Of a DNA stretch of 52,572 bases, positions 34,456-43,338 are shown one piece after another. Every line of letters begins with the position of its first letter. Positions within the stretch are counted from its first letter, which is position 1. This DNA comes from an uncultured Gammaproteobacteria bacterium (GTDB lineage: Bacteria; Patescibacteriota; Microgenomatia; UBA8517). Where the stretch lies: the NCBI GenBank assembly GCA_964488535.1, contig CAZAUT010000006.1, positions 1-52,572 of the forward strand. Reading direction: 5' to 3'. A program made the position numbers and the translations under genes. A model generated the notes under the pieces. That model made no database searches. It was not told where the DNA came from and was given only the letters and a program-made list of their open reading frames with translations.

Positions 34456-35559
34456 TTACAATTCTTTCATTATTTCATTGATCTGTTTTAAGAAAGACAC
34501 AACAACCGGAGCTGCCATCAAGGAATTGCTTTCAACACCATTGTCGTCCTTGACAGTCCAGGGTTTTTCAATCGTTTCAATCTTCCCATCCTTAGTTTTT
34601 GTGAACTCAAATTCGGGAGTTATTTCATATCGGTCAAAATACTGGTCTGCTTCCGCCACCGGTACGTGATTGCGTAAAAATATTTTTGGCACGCCATGCA
34701 AAGCGAAGGCTTTTTTCAATATATCCTCATCTTTATTCAAACGCTCTCTGATCGGCTCAATACCTTTGGAATCGCCTTCTTTACCGACCATAACCGCGGT
34801 TTTATACCCGCTGCATTCCTTATTGTCGCACAAAAGCCTGAATTTTCCCGTCTTTTGATCGTAATCTACGATACTTGTGGGCAGAAGTTTAAGATTTCTC
34901 GATAAACTGCATTTAGGGCAAACAACCCTTGTTTTTATACGAGCATCAATCACCGATTCGGGAATGTCGATCAGTACGAATATATCTGGGTCGTCTCTGT
35001 ACGCTATAAGATCACGAAAGTACAAGGAGTACGAGATTTGATCCATGTCGCGGGGCAGACCGTCAATAAAGATCGATTTTCGTTCAAGGCCATCGATATG
35101 CGCTTTTACCAAAGCCAAAATAAATTCGGTTGGAAGAAGTTTTGCCGTCGAGCGCGATAGGTGTGCATCAACTGCTTCATCAAATGAAACATAACCGCGG
35201 TAGAATTTCTTAAGTTTCCCGAATTTCTCCGTCTTCTTAAAATTTACCCAGTCATCGGCTTGGCGTATCAAGTCTCCAACAGAGACAGTTGCAATTTTAT
35301 CCTCGCCAAAAATTTCCGTAATCAGTTTGGAGTAAGTGCCTTTGCCTGACCCTTTTTTACCCAACATGTAGGCGATAAAGGTTTTTCCAGATGACAGATA
35401 CTTTCGAATATTGTTTATCTCCGTACCGGCTTTAGCCTCAAAATACACTTTTCTTCCTTCCGGAGAGTTGATGTCATACTTTCGTGATCCACCCTGCCTT
35501 CCGGCAGGCATACTTTTATCTGTTTTTGTTCCGATTATGGGAAATTCGAGACCAAGCAT
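34456..35559 (-). CDS. Adenylate-kinase-family (NMP kinase) protein, unusually long
   Basis: It has the P-loop LGKKGSGKGTYS and a Cys4 lid, CPKCSLSRN...LLCDNKECSGY. The start is trimmed to MLGLEFP because the 9 upstream codons translate stutter DNA. Confidence 0.6.
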   Translation of the reverse strand: MLGLEFPIIGTKTDKSMPAGRQGGSRKYDINSPEGRKVYFEAKAGTEINNIRKYLSSGKTFIAYMLGKKGSGKGTYSKLITEIFGEDKIATVSVGDLIRQADDWVNFKKTEKFGKLKKFYRGYVSFDEAVDAHLSRSTAKLLPTEFILALVKAHIDGLERKSIFIDGLPRDMDQISYSLYFRDLIAYRDDPDIFVLIDIPESVIDARIKTRVVCPKCSLSRNLKLLPTSIVDYDQKTGKFRLLCDNKECSGYKTAVMVGKEGDSKGIEPIRERLNKDEDILKKAFALHGVPKIFLRNHVPVAEADQYFDRYEITPEFEFTKTKDGKIETIEKPWTVKDDNGVESNSLMAAPVVVSFLKQINEIMKEL

Positions 35560-35665
35560 ATTAAGATAGGCACTAGGCATTAGCAACTAGGCACTGGACA
35601 AGCGATAGGCAATAAGCAGAGCTTAACGCTACGCGAAAAGCGACAAGCAACAGATAATTAAGTGA
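35560..35665. repeat. Intergenic word-stutter array
   Basis: The sequence is ataggcactaggcattagcaactaggcactggacaagcgataggcaataagcagag. The 13-mer ggcactaggcatt recurs inside argS at 51461-51473. Confidence 0.85.
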
Positions 35666-35870
35666 TTGAGTGACTTAATTCTTGTTACCTGTTATGTAGT
35701 ATGCATCAAACACCATCTTCATTTCAACCGTTAATTAATTATATAACTGCGATGCACATTCAAAGCTGTTGTAGCATGGAGATGCGATTTTTGCTATTAA
35801 ATTATTTAAATAATCCCGGAGATGAAAGACTGCTGATACCGGTTGTAGAAAAACCGGGGGAAAAAAGAAA

Positions 35871-37142
35871 TTAACTTAATAGTTTTTCAAAGCGGGTTTG
35901 GTCATCAAACGGGCCGATTACGGCAAGGTTGAGCCTACCTGGAGTAAAAATCGATCCCGCATATTCACGAACGTTTTCCGCACTGACTTTGTCGATCTTT
36001 TCAATCACTTCTTTCGGTTTTTCGATTTTTCCAAGCATCAGCTCCTGCAGCCCAAAATAGGAATTGATTGCCCTTGTATCTTCCAGTGAAAGAGCCATAT
36101 GACCTTTTATATATTCCTTTGCCTTCCTGAGTTCCCTATCCGATATCTTATATTTACCGCTTGCCAAACCGTACATCTGATCCAAAATCACCTTTATCGA
36201 TTCGTCGATTCTTTTAATATCCACCCCTGCATACACCGAAAAATATCCCGTCTCATGATAGTACTCGGAAGAAGATTTTACGGCATAACAAAGTCCCCTC
36301 TTTTCCCTGACTTCCAGAAACAACCTCGAACTCATTCCCCCGCCTAAAATCGAATTAAGAACCCCCTCTTCATATTTATGTTTATGTCCCCTTTTATTCC
36401 CCAAAAAGCCGATTATTAAATGTCCCTGTTCGTTTTTCTTATTGCGAAGTAAAGCCTGAGGTTTTTCTTGCTTACTTTTAAACCCACCTACCTTTATTAC
36501 AGGCTTGTTGTTAATCTTACTGAAGTATTTTACGGCTAAATTCAGAACGTCTTTTTCCTTAACACCCCCCGACACTGTCAAAAGAAGATTATCTATAACA
36601 TAATGTGATCCACGATATCTTACAAAATCATTTTTGGTGATCCCGCGTACGCTTTCTTTTGTTCCCGCAACATCTTTTTCCATCGGAGACCCCTTGAAAA
36701 TAAGGTTTTCAAAAATATCGTCTATCTTTGCCATCGGAGTATCCTCATACATTGCGATCTCTTCGCAAATGACCCCTTTTTCCTTTTCAATTTCCCTGGG
36801 ATCCAAAATCGGATTCAAGACCATATCCGAAAGAACGTCAAACGCCGTTTCGATCTTCCCCACCCTCGCCTTGATATAGAAATTGGTCCATTCTTTGGAA
36901 GTTGAAGCATTGAACTCTCCCCCAAATGCATCAATAGCTTCAGATATGTCTTTTGCAGTCGGGCGCTTCTTGCTGCCCTTGAAAACCATGTGTTCAAGAA
37001 AGTGGCTCAATCCGTTGGTTTTTGGTGTTTCATAGCGCGAACCAACCCCAACCCAGACGGTAACCGTTACCGATTCGGATGTCGGAAGTTCGGAAGTTAT
37101 CACCCTAAGGCCGTTACTTAAAGAGGAAAGAGAATAGTCCAT
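35871..37142 (-). CDS. M16-family (pitrilysin-like) zinc peptidase
   Basis: 423 aa. The inverted zinc motif HFLEHMVFKGS (HxxEH) lies near the N-terminus, and the two-domain length is typical. Confidence 0.85.
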   Translation of the reverse strand: MDYSLSSLSNGLRVITSELPTSESVTVTVWVGVGSRYETPKTNGLSHFLEHMVFKGSKKRPTAKDISEAIDAFGGEFNASTSKEWTNFYIKARVGKIETAFDVLSDMVLNPILDPREIEKEKGVICEEIAMYEDTPMAKIDDIFENLIFKGSPMEKDVAGTKESVRGITKNDFVRYRGSHYVIDNLLLTVSGGVKEKDVLNLAVKYFSKINNKPVIKVGGFKSKQEKPQALLRNKKNEQGHLIIGFLGNKRGHKHKYEEGVLNSILGGGMSSRLFLEVREKRGLCYAVKSSSEYYHETGYFSVYAGVDIKRIDESIKVILDQMYGLASGKYKISDRELRKAKEYIKGHMALSLEDTRAINSYFGLQELMLGKIEKPKEVIEKIDKVSAENVREYAGSIFTPGRLNLAVIGPFDDQTRFEKLLS

Positions 37143-37440
37143 CGGGAAAAGTATATAGTATATTGAATATGGTATATAGAGGGAAAAGGGATGTTGGAAT
37201 TGTGAATAATGAATAATGGGATATGGAGTATGAAAAAAGGATGGGAGGATAAGAGGAAAAGAGGATAAAAAGATATTTAGGAAAGAAGTGAAAAAAGTAG
37301 AATTAGTAGAATAACAATTTAGGATATTGGGATACTAAGATACTAAGAAAGAAAGTATATTGGGGAAAAGTGAATAAGACAATGGGGGTGGTATAAAAAT
37401 TTGAGTTGATGACTTGAGTTGATGACTTGAAAAGATAAAT
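37143..37440. repeat. Intergenic word-stutter array (mosaic)
   Basis: Example strings are gtatatagtatattgaatatggtatatagag, gaataatgaataatggg, aaaaagtagaattagtagaat, ttaggatattgggatactaagatactaag and ttgagttgatgacttgagttgatgacttg. Confidence 0.85.
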
Positions 37441-37453
37441 TCCAAAATTCATC

Positions 37454-37481
37454 TTGACAAACTATAGGAACATATTACAAT
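37454..37481 (+). promoter_or_regulatory. Sigma70-type promoter TTGACA-N16-TACAAT, 8 nt before the ATG
   Basis: The -35 is at 37454-37459 and the -10 at 37476-37481, with the ATG at 37490. This implies a leaderless or near-leaderless mRNA. Confidence 0.55.
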
Positions 37482-37489
37482 ACGCACGT

Positions 37490-37723
37490 ATGGCTGAAGT
37501 GATAAATTATCACCATTGCAATTGTGGTATGGCTATTCCTCGCCAGACCGACAAAGGTTGGGTTATGGGATGTCAGGTTAGACAGTTAGAAGACCAACTC
37601 GGACATAGACCTACAGCAAAAGAGATTCTTGAGTTGAAAAGGTCGGATGGGGGTTTTATTATCAGACTTACGAGCATACCCGTCGACAAATGTCCTAATG
37701 AATACAAACCTTTGAGATTTTAA
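37490..37723 (+). CDS. Small Cys/His-containing hypothetical protein
   Basis: 77 aa from MAEVINYHHCNCGMAIPRQ, ending ..PVDKCPNEYKPLRF. The start is chosen by promoter geometry, since the tracked TTG start is itself the -35 box. Confidence 0.5.
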   Translation: MAEVINYHHCNCGMAIPRQTDKGWVMGCQVRQLEDQLGHRPTAKEILELKRSDGGFIIRLTSIPVDKCPNEYKPLRF

Positions 37724-37887
37724 AATACAAACCGCTAAGTTTTTATATTTCATTCGCAGATCGAAAAGCAAAATACTGCACCTTCGGACAGGAAAGGGTT
37801 TGCTCTTCAAATGATTGCTAATCACTACACTTCGGATGAGAATATCGGGAGACACTACCCTGCAATTTAAACAGCCTATATTAAATA

Positions 37888-37915
37888 TTGACATTTATAC
37901 AATTAGAAATATAAT
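37888..37915 (+). promoter_or_regulatory. Consensus sigma70 promoter TTGACA-N16-TATAAT, 8 nt before the ATG
   Basis: Both hexamers are perfect, at 37888-37893 and 37910-37915. The ATG is at 37924. Confidence 0.6.
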
Positions 37916-37923
37916 ATCCGCTA

Positions 37924-38379
37924 ATGGGAATTACACCAAGACCAATGTGCTCCACACAGCATTTGCGTCTGACCAATAGTGAAGGATCTAGAATAGATTA
38001 CGGTTGCTTGGATTGGGTATTTCGGGAAGGCTTTGACATGGTAGCTCTTGTAAAGGCATTCGTCTCCCAACTTGAAAATGACAAACAGCAGAGGACACAA
38101 TATCAGCGCATCCAAAAAGCTGTCTCAACCCTTGCTTTCGAACATTACATGTTTGATGTTAATGAGCATGGCAAGCAATTTAATGATACAGAGTTAATAA
38201 GAGAAAAAGAGGATCTAATGAATAAAGTTCTCAAGGCTTATGGCATTCAACGTTCGGAGTACAGAATTAAGTTCGTCAGACAATGCCCTCCACGATTAGG
38301 TTCAGGCGATGAACCAATAAATGTTACAAAAGATTTTGCCACAATTGGTATTAGAATTGACAATCCAGCTAGGAAATAA
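37924..38379 (+). CDS. Hypothetical protein
   Basis: 151-aa ORF directly behind a consensus promoter. It has no recognisable motif. Confidence 0.6.
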   Translation: MGITPRPMCSTQHLRLTNSEGSRIDYGCLDWVFREGFDMVALVKAFVSQLENDKQQRTQYQRIQKAVSTLAFEHYMFDVNEHGKQFNDTELIREKEDLMNKVLKAYGIQRSEYRIKFVRQCPPRLGSGDEPINVTKDFATIGIRIDNPARK

Positions 38380-38392
38380 CTTGATTCAAAAT

Positions 38393-39505
38393 TTAAAGCC
38401 CAATTCTTTGAACAGAAACAACTTCTTCAAAAAAGGCTTTGTCCCCCGGACAGAGATAGCTTATGTCACCTCCCGAGGGGTCTTTTACAAAACGATTTTT
38501 CACACATCCTCCGTTACATATTCTCAAAAAATGACATTCCTTACAGCTGGGAGGCAGAGAAGTTTTCTTTGACCGTCCAAATTCCGTCTGCAATTTGGCG
38601 GACAGCATGTCCCCAACGCTCGCCTCCTGAATATTCCCAAGTATGTGACCAGAATCTACAAAAAAGTCGCAGGAATAAAAACCGCCGTCCGGCATTAGTA
38701 CGGGAAAATTACCGCAGGTTTCAGCATGGATACAACTTGATGCAGGAAAACCCTCTGCCTGCTTCCTAACATTGTTGATATTTGATACCTGCATACCACC
38801 ACCCATAAATCCAAGATTATTAAGCCATTTGTGATAAACACCTATCAAAAAACTACCCCACTTGTGCGGATCAACCGATACATCTTTTTTTAATTTGCCT
38901 TGACCATCTCTCTCAACAACCGGAATAAATGTCAAAATTGGAACTCCAAGGTTTTTAAAATAATCAAATATAATCTCCGGATGTTCCTGATTTGCAGGAT
39001 TAACGGTACAAACCACACCATAATCGATATTATGACTTCCGAGCAAATTTAAAGATCCTTCCAACTTTTCCTCATCCGACGTACCGTTACCGTGACGCAG
39101 ACGGGAACAATCTCCGGGCCCGTCACAGCTGACACCGACCTCAACTCCGTGTGTTTTGAAAAGTCTGCACCAGTCTTCATCAATCAACAGACCATTCGTC
39201 TGAACAACAAAGTGAACCACTTTACCTGATCGGCTTGCTTCTCTTTCAGCAAAGTCAATTGTATTTGCGAAGTACTCAGTCCCCATAAGAAGAGGCTCTC
39301 CTCCTTGGAAAAACAATTCGATTGCTTGTCCAGGTTGGCCATTAATCGATTCTGAAATTGCGCGATTCATTATATCCCGAGACATTAATTTCGGCTGTCG
39401 TCTGGCTTCCGTAGTGTCTTTTATGAAGCAATATTCGCAGCCTCTGTTACATCTTGAGCCTACAGGTTTGATGTTTATAGTAAAACGATTTTCAATTCTT
39501 TCCAT
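38393..39505 (-). CDS. Radical SAM / SPASM-domain enzyme, anSME-like (copy 2)
   Basis: The radical SAM motif is KPVGSRCNRGCEYCF (CxxxCxxC), with GGEPLL. The SPASM part reads SCIHAETCG...DGGFYSCDFF...LGNI...CKECHFLRICNGGCVKNR. Confidence 0.85.
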   Translation of the reverse strand: MERIENRFTINIKPVGSRCNRGCEYCFIKDTTEARRQPKLMSRDIMNRAISESINGQPGQAIELFFQGGEPLLMGTEYFANTIDFAEREASRSGKVVHFVVQTNGLLIDEDWCRLFKTHGVEVGVSCDGPGDCSRLRHGNGTSDEEKLEGSLNLLGSHNIDYGVVCTVNPANQEHPEIIFDYFKNLGVPILTFIPVVERDGQGKLKKDVSVDPHKWGSFLIGVYHKWLNNLGFMGGGMQVSNINNVRKQAEGFPASSCIHAETCGNFPVLMPDGGFYSCDFFVDSGHILGNIQEASVGDMLSAKLQTEFGRSKKTSLPPSCKECHFLRICNGGCVKNRFVKDPSGGDISYLCPGDKAFFEEVVSVQRIGL

Positions 39506-39518
39506 AAGTTTATTTAAT

Positions 39519-40619
39519 TTATAAGTTGATGTATCTGTAAAAAATACGGTAACTTGGGCAAAGGTAGTTTAAACCATTTGTGGAAATCCTATCCTTCGGA
39601 CATCCGCCATGACACATCTCCAATACGTCACAACTGAGACACTGCTGTGGTAAGCTTGACTTCATTTTTGCAAACGATTTTTGTTTTTGGGATTCCATCA
39701 ATTCCGGCAAGCTTTGTCCGTGTTGATTTATGTTTCCCAACCGCCAATTTGCAGATACATAATAATCACAAGGATAGACATCTCCCGTACGTTCGAGTAC
39801 AGGTTCCATTCCGCACGTTTCCGACTGCACACACGAGTCTGTAGGTTCTCCACGAGAAGGCAGTACAGCATCGGAAATATTTGAAACGAAAATCCCCTTT
39901 AAGAAATCTTTATTCCTGAAATATTCATCCGCAACGGTACACAAGAAACTTCCAAAACCATCCTCCGACACAGAATGTCCCATATTTCCATTATTATCCT
40001 GTGTGACAATCGGGATAAAAGTAATATTTTTTGCCTTCAGAGTATCTGTGAAATACCTGTACACTTTTTTAGGAGAATGCTCATTTAAATCATGAACACT
40101 GCATGTAACCGCCCAGTCCGTTTTCGAACCATTAAGCATTTCTGCGGCCTTTTCAACCCTTTTTATCGTTGGATCACCATTTCGATCCAAACGATAGCCG
40201 TTCAAACCCTCCGGCCCATCACAGCTGAGACCTATATGGGCATTATTGCGTGTAAAAAATTCGCACCATCTTTCATCAATCAACGATCCGTTGGTTTGAA
40301 ACCAAAGCACCTTTTCTCTATCCGGAGCATGTTCTGAAGCAAACTGCATCACTTTTTCATAAAAATCCAGTCCTCTCAAAAGAGGTTCACCTCCCTGAAA
40401 AAAAAACATGAGAGGCTTTCTTGGGCTTGTTAATTGCACCAGCTGTTTTACATATCTTTCAGCCGTTTCTAGCCCCATACCCCGCGTGTTCGAAGAATGG
40501 GATTCTATATTGCCTTTATAAAAACAGTATTTACAACCTCCTTCACAATCCGAAAGTCTTGTGAAGTTGCATTGTGAGCCTACAGGTTTAACAATGACAA
40601 GGTGTTCTTTGTCAGACAT
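39519..40619 (-). CDS. Radical SAM / SPASM-domain enzyme, anSME-like (copy 1)
   Basis: The motif region KPVGSQCNFTRLSDCEGGCKYCFY has CxxxCxxC preceded by an 8-residue insert after an extra Cys, with GGEPLL. The SPASM part reads SCVQSETCG...GDVYPCDYY...LGNI...CLSCDVLEMCHGGCPKDR. Confidence 0.85.
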   Translation of the reverse strand: MSDKEHLVIVKPVGSQCNFTRLSDCEGGCKYCFYKGNIESHSSNTRGMGLETAERYVKQLVQLTSPRKPLMFFFQGGEPLLRGLDFYEKVMQFASEHAPDREKVLWFQTNGSLIDERWCEFFTRNNAHIGLSCDGPEGLNGYRLDRNGDPTIKRVEKAAEMLNGSKTDWAVTCSVHDLNEHSPKKVYRYFTDTLKAKNITFIPIVTQDNNGNMGHSVSEDGFGSFLCTVADEYFRNKDFLKGIFVSNISDAVLPSRGEPTDSCVQSETCGMEPVLERTGDVYPCDYYVSANWRLGNINQHGQSLPELMESQKQKSFAKMKSSLPQQCLSCDVLEMCHGGCPKDRISTNGLNYLCPSYRIFYRYINL

Positions 40620-40629
40620 GTTTCAGTTT

Positions 40630-41442
40630 CTATTTTTTCGATAATATTTCATACGCCAGATTTACCTTTTTTGCTTTTTCGTCTCTTTCGGGATCAATCA
40701 TTTTACTGGCTCTTCCATAATCTGGATGCAATTGCATCATTTTATTTCTGTAATATTTCTTCAATTCTTCAGGAGTACATCCGACAGGAGCACCGAGTGT
40801 TTCATATAGCGATTGACGAGGATGAGTATCTAACGGTTTTCTATTATTCAAGGAAAGACCGGAATGTTCATAACCCGACCTGCCATTAACTGCCTGTTCT
40901 TTGTCAATTGTATTTTGTGGAAACACATCCCGCCATGTAGCCGTCAACTCATCTATCGGCTGAATGTCAATGTTTCCGACTAATATTCTTTGTTGTATCT
41001 TTAAAAGATATCCTGATTGAGACAGCCACCGTGCCACATTTTTACCGCTTTTAATATCAAATGCCAAAACCAACAAATCTCCCAAACCATACCTGCCTTC
41101 AGAGGCATTTCTTAGTGCAGTGTTCGGATAATCCGGACGGGTAGGGATTTGCATCTGATTCCGATTGCATGGTCTTGAACACATAGCTTTCCCCAAGCAC
41201 CTTTTACCATAAAGCACAACCTTTCCTTCCTCATCCACCCCCCAGCCGGAGGAGCCATCTCCACCGGAATTTGTAATACTGACGAAACGTCCCGAAATCG
41301 GACATTTTATACCAATACTTTTAAAGCCTTCCCTGGCGATGACAGCTACACAACCGGAAACTCTACCGTCACCCAGATCGGAGCAGTTAGTAATCAAATT
41401 AAACCTTGGTTCAGGAAATTCTTCCTTGCGTTGACCGGCCAT
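40630..41442 (-). CDS. Protein with a C-terminal J domain (DnaJ-like) and a Cys-containing N-terminal domain of unknown function
   Basis: The last roughly 60 aa are SLYETLGAPVGCTPEELKKYYRNKMMQLHPDYG...KKVNLAYEILSKK, with an HPD tripeptide. The N-terminal 200 aa match no motif I recognise. Confidence 0.75.
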   Translation of the reverse strand: MAGQRKEEFPEPRFNLITNCSDLGDGRVSGCVAVIAREGFKSIGIKCPISGRFVSITNSGGDGSSGWGVDEEGKVVLYGKRCLGKAMCSRPCNRNQMQIPTRPDYPNTALRNASEGRYGLGDLLVLAFDIKSGKNVARWLSQSGYLLKIQQRILVGNIDIQPIDELTATWRDVFPQNTIDKEQAVNGRSGYEHSGLSLNNRKPLDTHPRQSLYETLGAPVGCTPEELKKYYRNKMMQLHPDYGRASKMIDPERDEKAKKVNLAYEILSKK

Positions 41443-41454
41443 AATCTTTGTGGT

Positions 41455-41483
41455 ATTTTACCTTATAGTAATATTCAATTCAA
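41455..41483 (-). promoter_or_regulatory. Sigma70-type promoter TTGAAT-N17-TAAAAT for the J-domain/rSAM operon, 12 nt before the ATG
   Basis: Read on the minus strand, the -10 is at 41455-41460 and the -35 at 41478-41483. Confidence 0.5.
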
Positions 41484-41551
41484 GTAAATGCCAAAATCAT
41501 TTATTCACGATTAAGATACTCTTATGTGAAGAACGGTCTGCAGTTATAGCA

Positions 41552-41579
41552 TTGACAAACATACAACATGATATACAAT
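41552..41579 (+). promoter_or_regulatory. Sigma70-type promoter TTGACA-N16-TACAAT, 11 nt before the ATG
   Basis: The hexamers are the same as at 37454. The ATG is at 41591. Confidence 0.55.
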
Positions 41580-41590
41580 ACACCCATAAT

Positions 41591-42139
41591 ATGACTTATT
41601 CAAGACCGGAAGCGTGGAGTCGAGATTTTGGGTTGGATCAACAAAATTTGACGATTGCCATGGCTGCAGAAAAAGCCTATAGAAATGGCGAATATGAAGA
41701 TATTGTGGAGGCAGTAATACATTTCGGTCTTGAAATACGAGGCGAGGAATTTAAAAATACCGCTTTATATCAAGATCATCAGGCTAAAAAAAAAGAAGAA
41801 GAAGAAAGACGGGCAAAAGAAAGGGGAAAGGCAAAGATACAAGCCACGAGGTGTAAAACCGCTATTCAGCTGAATGTAGGCGGAGTTGTATGCAGGTCAC
41901 CGGCTGAAGCGCTTCAAACCCAAAGAGAAATACAAGAAAGAAAGAGATTGGTAAGGGGATTGCCGGGGCCAAGACCCGCCGAGCTCCCGCTAGGTGAAGG
42001 AATTTATGGACTTGAAAGCGGTGGACTTCAAGGGGCAGACAATCGCTCCAACTGTCAAGCCCTTTATATTGCTATGCAAATTCTTTCACGCAATAGAATC
42101 GTACCTGATCCAAAGAGAATTCCTCAGAAAAACAAATAG
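41591..42139 (+). CDS. Hypothetical protein with a charged KE-rich central helix
   Basis: 182 aa from MTYSRPEAWSRDFG. The start is set by promoter geometry. Confidence 0.55.
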   Translation: MTYSRPEAWSRDFGLDQQNLTIAMAAEKAYRNGEYEDIVEAVIHFGLEIRGEEFKNTALYQDHQAKKKEEEERRAKERGKAKIQATRCKTAIQLNVGGVVCRSPAEALQTQREIQERKRLVRGLPGPRPAELPLGEGIYGLESGGLQGADNRSNCQALYIAMQILSRNRIVPDPKRIPQKNK

Positions 42140-42323
42140 GGCTGATTAAATATTGAGAACAAAAACAAATCCAAAAGGGAGGTCTGGCGTAATTGAAACC
42201 GGATGTCTTTTAGAACAAGATTAAGCATGCAAATTTCTGTTCGTGCAGTTCTAATATTTTCTTATTACACAACTTGATAAGAAAAAATAAATTTAAAATA
42301 TAGGAGAAAACTTTCGTGGTCAA

Positions 42324-42950
42324 CTACGGTCTAATTACGTATATTAAACCACCATCGTATCCTTTGATCCCAAGGTGATCAAGGTTCATATAACGCCCCT
42401 CTCCCCCAAGATTAACCATTAGTGTCACCGGCTTTTTAGGTCGCACCCTGATACTTGACGGATAAGGACAATTTTCTGCTCGCAGGCATGTAACGGAGCC
42501 CAATATACCAAGACATTGAGGGACTGTTGCTTTCGAATCTCTTGTTTTAACAAAGCGCTTCTCAGTCGAACTATAATCTACTCTAGTGGAAACCTGTTTG
42601 TTTACATTAACATAAAGATCTTCAAATCTATTAATCCATTGGTTAGTTGAAGGATAGGCCACATTACCATTGGTGATAAAAAGATCTGTACTCGAACAAG
42701 GATTTCTCTCGACAACAGCTTCTACGTCATACTTTTCTCTCGCCAAAGAACAAGTTATCTTGTGCGGAATTGGCTGTGGAGGCAGTTTATACCCAAATAA
42801 AGTTTTCTCAATTCTTTCGCCTACTTCATCCCAGAGGGTTTTATCGAGGCGTGTGCAGTCAATGGCTACACAATACTTTTCATCAAAATTAGACAAGTTA
42901 CAGGGACAGTTTCTGACTACAAATACGCCAAGTGGTGTACGTTCTGCCAT
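42324..42950 (-). CDS. Hypothetical Cys-rich protein
   Basis: 208 aa containing NCPCNLSNFDEKYCVAIDC and CLRAENCPYP. The upstream minus-strand reading is TTGAAA-N18-TAATAT, 13 nt before the ATG. Confidence 0.6.
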   Translation of the reverse strand: MAERTPLGVFVVRNCPCNLSNFDEKYCVAIDCTRLDKTLWDEVGERIEKTLFGYKLPPQPIPHKITCSLAREKYDVEAVVERNPCSSTDLFITNGNVAYPSTNQWINRFEDLYVNVNKQVSTRVDYSSTEKRFVKTRDSKATVPQCLGILGSVTCLRAENCPYPSSIRVRPKKPVTLMVNLGGEGRYMNLDHLGIKGYDGGLIYVIRP

Positions 42951-43338
42951 ATCTTATAGAATGATATTACTAACTTTTTTCCACAATTTTCAACATGACA
43001 GTAAAACTTGAATTTTTCATTCTTAAGATATATTATAGACCTATAATGTCCTGAGGTACAGAATCAAAAACATTTTAGAGACGCTGCAGCGCTTATAGAC
43101 ACATATGTTGTTGCGGGTCAAAAACCCGACCCGAGATTAGTAAATCTATGGGTAGCTGAACAACTTCCAGACATAGACCAACTTCAGATTCCAACTCTGG
43201 ATTAATATACTTATATTTTTTGAAAGTCAGAGAGCGGGTTCCCGAAATATTTTCAAAACATGTGGCCGGTTCAAGCTTGTTTGGTGAAAAAGAGTAATTT
43301 CAATGTGAGAATGGAATTCGTTTATAACGAATAATATG

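Noticed and set aside
35838-35858. Hairpin ccggtt-N8-aaccgg just after the M16 peptidase stop, considered as an intrinsic terminator
   Set aside because: There is no U-run on the transcribed (minus) strand after the stem, so it is not a convincing Rho-independent terminator.
38393-40619. Calling the two rSAM/SPASM enzymes bona fide anaerobic sulfatase-maturating enzymes
   Set aside because: No sulfatase gene or C/S-x-P/A-x-R substrate motif is present in the window. The genomic context (a J-domain protein and Cys-motif ORFans) differs from sulfatase loci. They are therefore kept at family level as 'anSME-like'.
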